The notes under the pieces: model-generated | Database searches by the model: none | What the model saw: the letters and a program-made list of their open reading frames with translations, nothing else | What the model was told of the DNA's origin: nothing | Shown here: positions 12,801 to 25,171 of the stretch, piece by piece | Layout: every line of letters begins with the position of its first letter | How positions within the stretch are numbered: the first letter of the stretch is position 1 | Assembly (NCBI GenBank): GCA_052327205.1 | Contig: JBMRGM010000037.1 | Location: 24,800,001-24,837,590 of the forward strand | Source of the DNA: Somniosus microcephalus | Lineage: Eukaryota | Direction of reading: 5' to 3' | DNA: 37,590 nt | Program-made: the position numbers and the translations under genes

Positions 12801-15226
12801 ATCACAGACTGGGAGTTTGACTGGTCCTGAGTGTGTGCCTGATCACAGACCGGGTGTTAGACTGGTCCTGGGGGTCGGTCTAATCACAGACTTTTTGCTT
12901 GACTGGTGCTGTGGGTGGGGGGGGAGATCTGATCACAGTGTGTGTGTTTGACTGGTCCCGGGGGTGTGTCTGATCACAGACTGGGTGTCTGGCTGGTCCC
13001 GGGGTGGGTCTGATCACAGACTGGGTGTTTGACTGGTCCCGGGGTTGGGTCTGAACAAAGACTGGGTGTTTGACTGATCCCTGGGGTGGATCTGATCAAA
13101 GACTGGGTGTTTGACTGGTCCCAGGGGTGGGTCTGATCACAGACTGGGTGTTTGACTGTTCCCGGTGTTGGGTCTGATCACAGACTGGGTGTTTGACTGG
13201 TCCCGGGGGTGGGTTTGATCACAGACAGGGTGTTTGACTGGTCCCGGGGATGAGTCTGACCACAGACTGGGTGTTTGACTGGTTCTGGTGGAGGGTCTGA
13301 TCATAGTCTAGATGTTTGACTGGTCCCAGGGGTGTGTCTGATCGCAGACTGTCTGTTTGACTGGTCCTGGTGGAGCTTCTGGTGACAGACTGGGTGTTTG
13401 GCTGGTCCCGGGAGTGGGTCTGATCAAAGACTGGGTGTGTGACTGGTCCCGGTGGTGGATCTGATCATAGACTGGGTGTTTGACTGGTCGCAGGGGTGGG
13501 TCTGATCACAGACTGGTTGTTTGACTGGTCCCGGGTGTGGGTCTGATCGCAGACTGGGTGTTTGACTGGGCCCAGTTGTGTGTCTGATCACAGACCCGGG
13601 TGGTGGACTGGTCCCAGGGGTGGGTCTGATCACAGACTGCGTGTTTGACTGGTCCCGGGGGTGTGTCTGATCAGACACTGGGTGCTTGACTGGTCCCGGG
13701 AGTTGGTCTGATCAGAGACTGGGTGTTTGACTGGTCCCTGGAGTGGGTCTGATCACAGACTGGGTGTTTGATGTTACCGGGTGTGTGTCTGATCACTGAC
13801 TGTGTGTTTGACTGGTTTCGGGGGTGTGTCTGATCATAGACTGTATATTTGACTGGTCCCGGGGCTGTGTCTGATCACAGACTGTGTGTCTGGCTGGTCC
13901 CGGGGTGTGTCTGATCACAGACTGGGTGCTTGACTGGTCCTGGGGGTGCATCTGTTCAAAGGCTGGGTGTTTGACTGTGCCCGGTGGTGTGTCTGATCAC
14001 AGACACGGGAGTTTGACAGGTTCCGGTTGTGTGTCTGATCGCAGACTGTTTGTTTGACTGGTCCGGGGAGTGCATCTGATCACAGACTGGGTGTTTGACT
14101 AGTCCCCGGGGTGTATCATATCAGAGACTGGATGTTTGACTGTTCCCAGGTGCGGGTATGATCAAAAACTGGGTTGTTGACAGGTCCAGGGTGTATGTCT
14201 GTTAACAGACTCGGTGTTTGACTGGTCCTGGTTCTGGATCTGATCACAGACTGGGTGTGTGCGTGGTCCCAGGTGAATATCTGATCACAGACTGGGTGTT
14301 TGACTGGCCCCGGGTGAGTATCTGATCACAGACTGGGTGCTTCGCTGGTCCCGGGTGAGTATCTGATCACAGGCCAGGTGTTTGACTAGTCGCGGGGGTG
14401 TGTCCGATCACAGACTGTGAGTTTCACTGTTCGCGGGTGTGGGTCTGATCACAGACATTGTGTTTGACTGGTCCCGGGGGTTTGTCTGATCACAGACTGG
14501 GTGTTTGCGTTGTCCCGGGTGAATATCTGATCACAGACTGGGTGTTTGCGTTGTCCCGGGTGAATATCTGATCACACACTCGGTGTTTGACTGGTCCCGG
14601 GTGAGTATCTGATCACAGACTGGGTGTTTGACTGGTCCCGGGTGAGTATCTGATCACAGACTGGGTGTTTGACTGGTCCCGGGTGAGTATCTGATCACAG
14701 ACTGGGTGTTTGACTGGTCCCGGGTGAATATCTGATCACAGACTGGGTGTTTGACTGGTCCCGGGGGTTTGTCTGATCACAGACTGGGTGTTTGACTGGT
14801 CCCGGGTGAGTATCTGATCACAGACTGGGTGTTTGACTGGTCCCGGGTGAATATCTGATCACAGACTGTGTGTTTGACTGGTCCCGGGGGTGTGTCTGAT
14901 CACAGACTGGGTGTTTGCCTGGTCCCTGGTGAGTATCTGATCACAGACTGGGTATTTGACTGGTCCCGGGTGAGTATCTGATCACAGACCAGGTGTTTGA
15001 CTAGTCCCAGGTGTGTGTCCGATCACAGATTGTGAGTTTCACTTTTCGTGGGTATGTGTCTGATCACAGACTGTGTGTTTGACTGGTCCCGGGGGTGTGT
15101 CTGATCACAGACTAGGTGTTTGCGTGGTCCCTGGTGAGTATCTGATCACAGACTGGGTGTTTGACTGGTCCCGGGTCAGTATCTGATCACAGACCAGGTG
15201 TTTGACTGGTCCTGGGGGTGGGTCTG
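6879..15226 (+). repeat. ~41-bp satellite array, block 1
   Basis: Consensus GGTCTGATCACAGACTGGGTGTTTGACTGGTCCCGGGGGTG. Period 41 measured directly, e.g. TGATCACAG at 14651 and 14692. Confidence 0.97.
7190..13815 (+). repeat. Higher-order repeat: three near-identical tandem copies (2098 and 2261 bp spacing, ~51 and ~55 monomers)
   Basis: Marker CTGGATGTTTCACTGCTCCC at 7221, 9319 and 11580. Identical spurious 104-aa ORFs at 7925, 10023 and 12284. Confidence 0.95.
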
Positions 15227-16339
15227 TTTAAAGTGTTTTCCTTGAGAGATTTCCCTGAGGTTTCTCTCTCTAGAGGCCTCTTCCCTTGCACAGTAAACCT
15301 TGAGTGGTTGGACCCACTCGACCCTTAGATTCTGTACTCTGGCCTTAGGGGCAGGAACTACAATGTAGAGAAAACTCCTGTCGACCAAATTTGATGAAAC
15401 AAATTGAAATTTTATTGCATAAGGAAAAATATCAAATCAAATGCAAGCAGATAAGGGAGTACATGGGAGGGAAAAACACACAAACAAATCATAATGACAC
15501 AGTACTAACGAAATCAAATACAGGCATCTTATACACTACAACGATCATCATGAAATAAGGAAACACACGGAACATCGAGGGACAACAACTCATGTTAATT
15601 GTACCATTAAATCCACCCCCTTATTAAACCTGCCTAGATCTGATTCTGAAGGGCCAGAAACATGCTCACCAATCCCACTAGGAAGTGCACGGTTTTGAAA
15701 TCGAGTCTGTGTTTGGTCCTATCAGGTGTTTCGTCTCCAGGTGGATCGTGGAGCCCCTGCGAGCTGCGCCACCCCTCTCTCCTGAGGTGGGGGTCGGGGG
15801 TGGCTGGACACCGGTGGGCCTGGATGTCGGCGGGGTCGAGGATTGTCGGCTCGATCCTGGTTAGAGGAGCCTTGGGCTAGCTCCCATTGCTTCCTCAGTT
15901 TCCTTTTCTCTCTTCTCCCGAGCCGGGGTGACTGCAAGTTTCCTCCTCTTGTGGTTTTTATTTTTTTGTCTCTTCTTCCAAGTTGAGTCAATGGCCTCTC
16001 GTTCCGGCAACGGCCCGGGGATGGTCGATGATCTCCCGATGTGTTTCGGGAGGCTGGCTTCGAGATGCCCTTCTCGATGTTGGCTTTCTTTTTCCTCCTG
16101 CGAGTGCCTGCTTCCTCTGGCTGTGATTCAAACTCTCCACATTCCAGCTCTCTCTGGCTCCAAGCTTCTTTTCAACTCAGTAACTCTCCAAGCTTGCCCC
16201 AAATGCCGAAAATTCTCTCCAAATATACATTTCTCCCAGAAACTTCCGTCTCCCGCACAAAATCAGGTTCGTCTTTGTTTTACTTTTGGCAGGCTGGGAG
16301 CACAGTGGGGTAGTTATTATATTTTAAAATATCTTAAAC
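15227..16339 (-). mobile_element. Truncated duplicate of solo-LTR-like element A
   Basis: Highly similar to 18505-19626 with the same left satellite junction (GGGTCTG|TTTAAAG); right part missing. Confidence 0.75.
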
Positions 16340-18504
16340 AGACTGGGTGTTTGACTGGTCCCGGGTTTGGTTCTGATCACAGACTGGATGTTTGACTGGC
16401 CCCGGGGGTGTGTCCAGTCACAGACTGTGAGTTTGACTGTTGGCTGGTGTGTGTCTGATCACAGACTTGGTGTTTGCCTGGTCCCGGGGGAGGGTCTGAT
16501 CACAGACTGGGTGTTTCACTGGTCCTGGGGGTGTGTCTGATTACAGACTGGGTGTTTGACTGCTCCCGGGGGGTGACTGATCAGAGACTGGATGACTGAC
16601 TGGACCCGGGGGTGGCTCTGATCACAGACTGGGTGTTTGACTGGTCCCGGTGGTGGGTCTGATCACAGACTGGGTGTTTGACTGGTCCCGAGGGTGTGTC
16701 TGATCACAGACTCGGTGTTTGATTGTTCGTGGGTGTGTGTCTGAACACAGAATGGGTGTTTGACTGGTCCCAGGGGGTGTCTGATCAGAGACTGGATATT
16801 TCAATGGTCCCGGGGTTGGGTCTGATCACAGACTGGGTGTTTGACTGGTCCCGGGTTCGGGTCTGATCACAGACTGGGTGTTTGACTGGTCCCGGGTTCG
16901 GGTCTGATCACAGACTGGGTGTTTGACTGGTCCCGGGGGTGTGTCCAGTCACAGACTGTGAGTTTGACTGTTGGCTGGTGTGTGTCTGATCACAGACTGG
17001 GTGTTTGCCTGGTCCCGGGGGTGGGTCTGACCGCAGACTGGGTGTTTCACTGGTCCTGGGGTTGTGTCTGATTACAGACTGGGTGTTTAACTGGTCCCGG
17101 GGGGGCGACTGATCAGAGTCTGGATGATTGACTGGTCCCGGGGGTGGCTCTGATCACAGACTGGGTGTTTGACTGGTCCCGGTGGTTGGTCTGATCACAG
17201 ACTGGGTATTTGGTGCTCCCGGGGGTGGGTCAGATCAGAGACTGGGTGTTTGATGCGTCCCGGGGGTGTGTCTGATCACAAACTGGGAGTTTGACTGGTC
17301 CCGGGGGTGTGATTGATCACAGATTGTGTCTCTGGCTGGTACCGGGGTGGGTCTGATCACAGACTGGGTTTTTGACTGGTCATGGGGTTGTGTCTGATCA
17401 CAGACTGGGTGTTTGACTGGTCCTGGGGGTGCATCTGTTCAAAGACTGGGTATTTGACTGTTCCCGGGGATGAGTCTGATCACAGACTGGGTGTTTGACT
17501 GGTCCTGGTGGAGGATCTGATCATAGACTAGGTGTTTGACTGGTCCCGGGGTTGGGTCTGATCAAAGACTGGTTGTTTGAATGGTCTCGGGGGTGGGTCT
17601 GATCACAGACTGGGGGTTTGACTTGTCCCGGGTGTGTCTCTGAACACAGACTGGGTGATTGACCGGTCCTGGTGGTGGGTCTGGTCACAGATTGGTTGTT
17701 TGACTGGTCCCGGTGGTGGGTCTGATCATAGACTGGGTGTTTGACTGTGACCGGTGGTGTGTCTGATCACAGACACGGGAGTTTGACAGGTTCCGGTTGT
17801 GTGTCTGACCGCAGACTGTTTGTTTGACTGGTCCGGGGAGTGCATCTGATCACAGACTGGGTGTTTGACTAGTCCCCGGGATGTATCATATCAGAGACTG
17901 GATGTTTGACTGGTCCCAGGTGCGGGTCTGATCAAAAGCTGGGTTGTTGACAGGTCCCGGGTGTATGTCTGATGACAGACTGGGTGTTTGACTGGTCCCG
18001 GGTGTGGGTCTGATCACAGACTGGGTGTTTGACTGGTCCCGGGTGTGGGTCTGATCACAGACTAGGTGTTTGACTGGTCCCGGGTGTGGGTCTGATCACA
18101 GACTGGGTGTTTGACTGGTCCCGGGTGTGGGTCTGATCACAGACTGGGTGTTTGACTGGTCCCGGGTGAGTATCGGATCACAGACTGGGTGTTTGACTGG
18201 TCCCGGGTGAGTATCTGATCACAGACTGGGTGTTTGACTGGTCCCGGGTGAGTATCTGATCACAGACCAGGTGTTTGACTAGTCCCGGGTGTGTGTCCGA
18301 TCAAAGACTGTGAGTTTCACTTTTTGTGGGTGTGTGTCTGATCACAGACTGTGTGTTTGACTGGTCCCGGGGGTGTGTCTGATCACAGACTGGGTATTTG
18401 CGTGGTCCCTGGTGAGTATCTGATCACAGACTGGGTGTTTGACTGGTCCCGGGTGAGTATCTGATCACAGACCAGGTGTTTGACTGGTCCTGGGGGTGGG
18501 TCTG
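16340..18504 (+). repeat. ~41-bp satellite array, block 2
   Basis: Same monomer. The start matches 20392 onward, and 17751 onward matches 13981 onward. Confidence 0.97.
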
Positions 18505-20056
18505 TTTAAAGGGTTTTCCTTGAGAGATTTCCCTGAGCTTTCTCTCTCCAGAGGCCTCTGTCTCTTGCACAGTAAACCTTGAGTGGTTGGACCCACTCAA
18601 CCCTTAGATTCTATACTCTGGCCTTAGGGGCAGGAACTACAATGTAGAGAAAACTCCTGTCGACCAAATTTGATGAAACAAATTGAAATTTTATTGCATA
18701 AGGAAAAATATCAAATCAAATGCAAGCAGATAAGGGAGTAGATGGGAGGGAAAAACACACAATCAAATCATAATGACACAGTACTAACGAAATCAAATAC
18801 AGGCATCTTATACACTACAAAGATCATCATGAAATAAGGAAACACACGGAACATCGAGGGACAACAACTCATGTTAATTGTACCCTTAAATCCACCCCCT
18901 TATTAAACCTGCCTAGATCTGATTCTGAAGGGCCAGAAACATGCTCACCAATCCAACTAGGAAGTGCACGGTTTTGAAATCGAGTCTGTGTTTGGTCCTA
19001 TCAGGTGTTTCGTCTCCAGGTGGATCGTGGAGCCCCTGCGAGCTGCGCCACCCCTCTCTCCTGAGGTGGGGGTCGGGGGTGGCTGGACACCGGTGGGCCT
19101 GGATGTCGGCGGGGTCGAGGATTGTCGGCTCGATCCTGGTTAGAGGAGCCTTGGTTTGGCTCCCATCGCTTCCTCAGTTTCCTTTTCTCTCTTCTCCCGA
19201 GCCGGGGTGACTGCAAGTTTTCTCCTCTTGTGGTTATTATTTTTTTGTCTCTTCTCCCAAGTTGGGTCGATGGCCTCTCGTTCCGGCACCGGCCCGGGGA
19301 TGTTCGATGATCCCCCGATGTGTTTCCCCGGGGTGGGACGCCGGCTTCGAGATGCAATTCTCGATGTTGGCTTTCTTTTTCCTCCTGCGAGTGCCTGCTT
19401 CTTCTGGCTGTGATTCAAACTCTCCACACACCAGCTCTCTCTGGCTCCAAGCTTCTTTTCAACTCAGTAACTCTCCAAGCTTGCCCCAAATGCCGAAAAT
19501 TCTCTCCAGATACACCTTTCTCCCAGAAACTTCCGTCTCCCGCACAAAATCAGGTTAGTCTTTGTTTTACTTTTGGCAGGCTGGGAGCACAGTGGGGTAG
19601 TTATTATATTTTAAAATATCGTAAACGGCCGGTAAAAGCCCATCTCTGGTCTGGAATTACCTTCATTGTTTTTAATGTCCTGCTAATCTCGTTATCTAGT
19701 CCTGGGTGCTGTTCTCATGAATATGAAATTGTTCCCTTTTGTCTGGGTCAACATTTTGATGGCCTCTGTCTCTAGGGCGATCTTGACTGGATCTGCATCT
19801 AATCCATATGCATACGTGTGGGTCTGCTTTCGTTCTCTCAGAAATGGCTTCCAGAACTTGCTGTAGGTTGAATGCACAAAGCTGTCTGAGGTTGCGCAGG
19901 AACCATTTTAAATGTCCCAATAAGCTGGTCACAGGGTATGGCAGCCATTTTGTATGCCCCTTTTTCTGGGCTTCTTTTTATAACAGTCTTTGAAATCATG
20001 GCCTCTTCTGCCATTTGAACCTTATTAATAAAAAGTCCATTTTTGCGAATCCTACA
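18505..20056 (-). mobile_element. Solo-LTR-like element A (1552 bp; ERV or Gypsy unresolved)
   Basis: Flanked by a 4-bp direct repeat TCTG (18501-18504, 20057-20060). Right end ...CCTACA; left end TTTAAAGG (TG presumably mutated). Minus-strand AATAAA at 18690-18695 and splice donor TG|GTGAGC at 18943-18950. No recognisable protein. Confidence 0.7.
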
Positions 20057-23000
20057 TCTGATCACATAATGGGTGTTTGATGTTCCCGGGGGTGGGTCTG
20101 ATCACAGGCTGGGTCTTTGACCGGTCCCGGGGGTGTGTCTGATCACAGACTCGGTGTTTGACTATTCGTGGGTGTGTGTCTGATCACAGAATGGGTGTTT
20201 GACTGGTCCCGGGGTTCGGTCTGACCACAGATTGTGAGTTTGCTTGTTCGCGGGTGTGTGTCTGATCACAGACTGGGTGTTTGACTGGTCCTGGGGGTAT
20301 GTCTGATCACAGACTTGGTGTTTGACTGGTCCCAGGGGGTGTCTGATCAGAGACTGGGTGTTTCAATGGCCCCGGGGTTGGGTCTGCTCACAGACTGGGT
20401 GTTTGACTGGTCCCGGGTTTGGTTCTGATCACAGACTGGGTGTTTGACTGGTCCCGGGGGTGTGTCCAGTCACAGACTGTGAGTTTGACTGTTGGCTGGT
20501 GTGTGTCTGATCACAGACTTGGTGTTTGCCTGGTCCCGGGGGTGGGTCTGATCACAGACTGGGTGTTTGACTGGTCCTGGGGGTGGGTCTGATCACAGAC
20601 TGGATGTTTCACTGGTCCTGGGGGGGTGTCTGATTACAGACTGGGTGTTTGACTGGTCCCGGGGGGGTGACTGATCAGAGACTGGATGACTGACTGGTCC
20701 CGGGGGTGGCTCTGATCACAGACTGGGTGTTTGACTGGTCCCGGTGGTGGGTCTGATCACAGACTGGGTGTTTGGTGTTCCTGGGGGTGGGTCAGGTCAG
20801 AGACTGTGTGTTTGATTGGTCGCGGGGGTGTGTCTGATCACAAACTGGGAGTTTGACTGGTCCCGGGGGTGTGTCTGATCACAGATTGTGTGTCTGGCTG
20901 GTACCAGGGTGGGTCTGATCACAGACTGGGTTTTTGACTGGTCACGGGGTTGTGTCTGATCACAGACTGTGTGTTTGACTGGTCCCGGGGGTGTGTCTGA
21001 TCACAGACTGAGTGTTTGACTGTTCCCGGGGTGTGTCTGATCACAGACTGGGTGTCTGGCTGGTGTCGGGGTGGGTCTGATCACAGACTGGGTGTTTAAC
21101 TGATCCCGGATGTGGGTCTGATCAAAGACTGGGTGCTTGACTGATCCCAGGGGTGAATCTGATCACAGACTGGGTGTTTGACTGGTACCGGTGGTGTGTT
21201 TGATCACAGACTAGGTGTCTGGCTGGTCCCGGGGTGGTTCTGATCACAGACTGGGTGTATGACTGGCCCCGGGGGTGGATCTGATCAAAGACTGGGTGTT
21301 TGACTGATCCCGGGGGTGGATCTGATCAGAGACTGGTTGTTTGACTGGTCCCAGGGGTGGGTCTGATCAAAGGCTGGGTGTTTGATTGGTCCCGGTGGTG
21401 GGTCTGATCAGAGACTGGGTGTTTGACTGGTCCCGGGGGTGGATCTGATCACAGACTGGGTGTTTGACTGGCCCCGGGGTTGTGTCTGATCACAGACTGG
21501 GTGGTTGACTGGTCCCCGGGGTGCGTCTGATCATAGACTGGGTGATAGACTCGTCCCGGGGATGAGTCTGACCATAGACTGGGTGTTTGACTGGTTCCGG
21601 TGGAGGGTCTGATCATAGACTAGATCTTTGACTGGTCCCGGGGGTGGGTCTGACCACAGACTGGGTGTTTGACTGGTTCTGGTGGAGGGTCTGATCATAG
21701 TCTAGATGTTTGACTGGTCCCGGGGGTGTGTCTGATCGCAGACTGTCTGTTTGACTGGTCCTGGGGGAGCGTCTGATCACAGACTGGGTGATTGACTGGT
21801 CCTGGGGGTGGGTCTGATCAAAGACTGTGTGTTTGACTGGTCCCTGTGGTGGATCTGATCATAGACTGGGTGTTTGACTGGTCCCGGGGGTGGGTCTGAT
21901 CACAGACTGGGTGTTTGACTGGGCCCAGTTGTGTGTCTGATCAAAGGCCCGGGTGTTGGACTGGTCACAGAGGTGGGTCTGATCACAGACTGCATGTTTG
22001 ACTGGTCCCGGGGGTGTGTCTGATCAGGGACTGGGTGTTTGACTGGTCCCAGGAGTTGGTCTGATCACAGACTGGGTGTTTGACTGGTCCCGGGAGTGGG
22101 TCTGAACACAGACTGGGTGTTTGATGATACCGGGTGTGTGTCTGATCACAGACTGTGTGTTTGACTTGTCCCGGGGGCGTGTCTGATCATAGACTGTGTG
22201 ATTGACTGCTCCCGGGGCTGTGTCTAATCACAGACTGGGTGTCTGGCTGGTCCCGGGGTGTGTCTGATCACAGACTGGGTGTTTTGACTGGTCCCAGGGG
22301 TGTGTCTGTTCAAAGACTGTGTGTTTGACTGTTCCCGGGGATGAGTCTGATCACAGACTGGGTGTTTGACTGGTCCCGGTGGAGGGTCTGATCATAGACT
22401 AGGTGTTTGACTGGACCCGGGGTTGGGTCTGATCACGGACTGGGTGTTTGCCTGGTCCCGGGGGTGTGTCTGATCACAGACTGGGTGTTTGACTGGTCCC
22501 GGGGCTTGTCTGATCACAGACTGGGTGTCTGGCTGGTGCCGGGGTGGGTCTGATAACAGCCTGTATGTTTGACTGGTCATGGGTGTGGGTCTGATCTAAG
22601 ACTGTGCGTTTGACTGGTCCCGGGGGTGTGTCTGATCACAGAGTGGGTGTTTGACTTGTCCCGGTGGTGTTTCTGACCATAGACTGGTTGTTTGACTGGT
22701 CCCGGGGGTTGATCTGATCACAGACTGGTTGTTTGATTGTTCCCAGGGGTGGGTCTGATCACAGAATTGGTGTTTGACTGGGCCCAGAGGTGGGTCTGAT
22801 CACAGACTGGGTGATTGAGTGGTCCTGGGGGTGGGACTGATCACATACTGTGTGTTTGACTGGTCCCGGTGGTGTGTCTAATCACAGATTGTGTGTTTGA
22901 CTGGTCCTGGGGAGGCGTCTGATCACAGACTGGGTGTTTGACTGGTCCCGGGGGTGGCTATGATCACAGCCTGGGTGTATGACTGACACGGGATTGTGTC

Positions 23001-25171
23001 TGATCACATACTGGGTGTTTGTCTGGTCCCAGGAGGGTATCTGATCACAGACTGGGTGTTTGACTGGCCCCGGGGATGTGCGTGATCACAGAACGGGTGT
23101 TTGACTAGCCCGGGATCATGTCTGATCACAGACTTGAGTATGTCTGGTCCCGGGGGTGTGTCTGATCACAGACTGGGTGTTTGATGTTCCCGTGATTGTG
23201 TCTGATCACAGACTGGGTGTTTGACTGGTCCCGGGGGAGGGTCTGATCACAGATTGGGTGTATGACTGGTCCCGGGGTTCGGTCTGATCACAGACTGGAT
23301 GTTTGACTGGTCTCAGGGGTGTGTCCGAACACAGACTGCGAGTTTGACTGTTTGCGGGTGTGTGTCTGATCACAGACTGGGTGTTTGACTGGTCCCGGGG
23401 GAGGGTCTGATCACAGACTGGTTGTTTGACTGGTCCTGGGGTGTGTCTGATTACAGACTGGGTGTTTGACTGGTCCCGGGGGGGTGTCTGATCAGAAACT
23501 GCATGTTTGGCTGGTCCCGGGGGTGGGTCTGATCTCAGACTGGGTGTTTGACTGGTCCCGGGGGTGGGTCTGATCACAGACTGGGTGTTTGATGTTCCCG
23601 GGGGGGGTCAGATCACAGATTGGGTGTTTGACTGGTCCCGGGTATGTGTCTGATCACAGCCTGGTTGTTTGACTGATCCCGGGGGCATGTCTGATCACAG
23701 ACTGAGTGTTTGACTGGTCCCGGGGGTGTGACTGATCACAGACTGGGTGTCCGCCTGGTACCTGGGAGGGACTGATCACAGACTGGGTGTTTGACTGGTC
23801 ACAGGGTTGTGTCTGATCACAGACTGGGTGATTGACTGGTCCCGGGGATGTGTCTGATCACAGGCTGGGTGTTTGACTTGTCCCGGGGGTGTGTCTGATC
23901 ACTGACTGGGTTTCTGGCTGGTACCGGGGTGGGTCTGATCAGAGACTGGGTGTTTGATTGGTCACGGGGTTTGGCCTGATCAAAGAATGTGTGTTTGACT
24001 CGTCCTGGGGGTGATACTGATCACAGACTGGGTGTTCGACTGGTAACGGGGAGGTGTCTGATCACAGACTGGGTGTTTGACTTCAGACTGGTTGTTTGAC
24101 TTGTCTTGGAGGTGTTTCTGATCGTAGACTGGGTGCTTGACTGGTCCTGGGGGTGGGTCTGATCACAGACTGGTTGTTTGACTGGTCCCGGAGGTGGGTC
24201 TGATCACAGACTGGGTGCTTGACTGGGCCCGGTGTTGTTTCTGATCATAGACTGGTTGTTTGACTGGTCCCGGGGGTGGGTCTGATCACAGACTGGGTGT
24301 ATGACTTGCCCGGGAATGTGTATGTTCACAGACTGGGTGTTTGTCTGGTCCCGGGTGTGTGTCTGATCACAGACTGTGTGTTTGACTGGTCCCGGGGGTG
24401 GGTCTGATCACAAATCGGTGTTTGACTGTTCGCGGGTTTGTTTCTGATCACAGACTGGGTGTTTGACTGTTCCAGGTGTCGGTCTGATCACAGACTGGGA
24501 GTTTGACTGATCCCGGGTGTATGTCCGACCACATATTGTGAGTTTGACTGTTCGCGGGTGTGTGTCTGATCATATATTATATGGTTGACTGGTCCCGGCG
24601 GGTGTCTGATCAGAGACTGGGTGTTTGACCGGTCCCGGGGTTGGGTCTGATCACGGACTGGGTGTTTGACTTGCATGGGATCATGTCTGATCACAGACTG
24701 GGTTTTTGTCTGGTCCCGGGGGTGTGTCTGATCACAGACTGGGTGTTTGATATTCCCGGGGGTGGGCCTGATCACAGACTGGGTGTTTGATTGATCGCAG
24801 GTTTATGTCTGATCGCAGACTGGGTGTTTGACTGTTCCCGGGTGTCGGTCTGAACACAGACTGGGTGTTTGTCTGGTCCTGGGGGTGTGTCCAATCACAG
24901 ACTGTGAGTTTGACTGTTCACGGTAGTGAGTCTCACCACAGACTGGGTGTTGGACTGGTCCTGTGGGTGTGTCTGATCACAGACTGGATGTCTGACTGGT
25001 CCCGGGGGTGTGTCTGATCAGAGATTGGGTGTTTGACTGGTTCTGGGGGTGGGTCTGGTCACAGACTGGGTGTTTCATGTTCCCGGGGGTGGGTCAGATC
25101 TCAGATTGGGTGTTTGACTGGTCCCGAGGATGTGTCTGATCACAGACTTGATGTCTGTCTAGTATCGGGGT
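20057..25171 (+). repeat. ~41-bp satellite array, block 3
   Basis: Same monomer throughout. Confidence 0.97.

Noticed and set aside
15227-20056. The two A copies as paired LTRs of one provirus carrying satellite DNA
   Set aside because: No PBS or PPT. The second copy has its own TCTG TSD, and both share the same left junction and flanking variants, which indicates segmental duplication.
18941-20065. Short ORFs in element A (and 34681-36107 in B) as viral accessory genes
   Set aside because: No recognisable motifs; overlapping on both strands and not preserved intact between the two A copies. A profile search would be needed to revive them.
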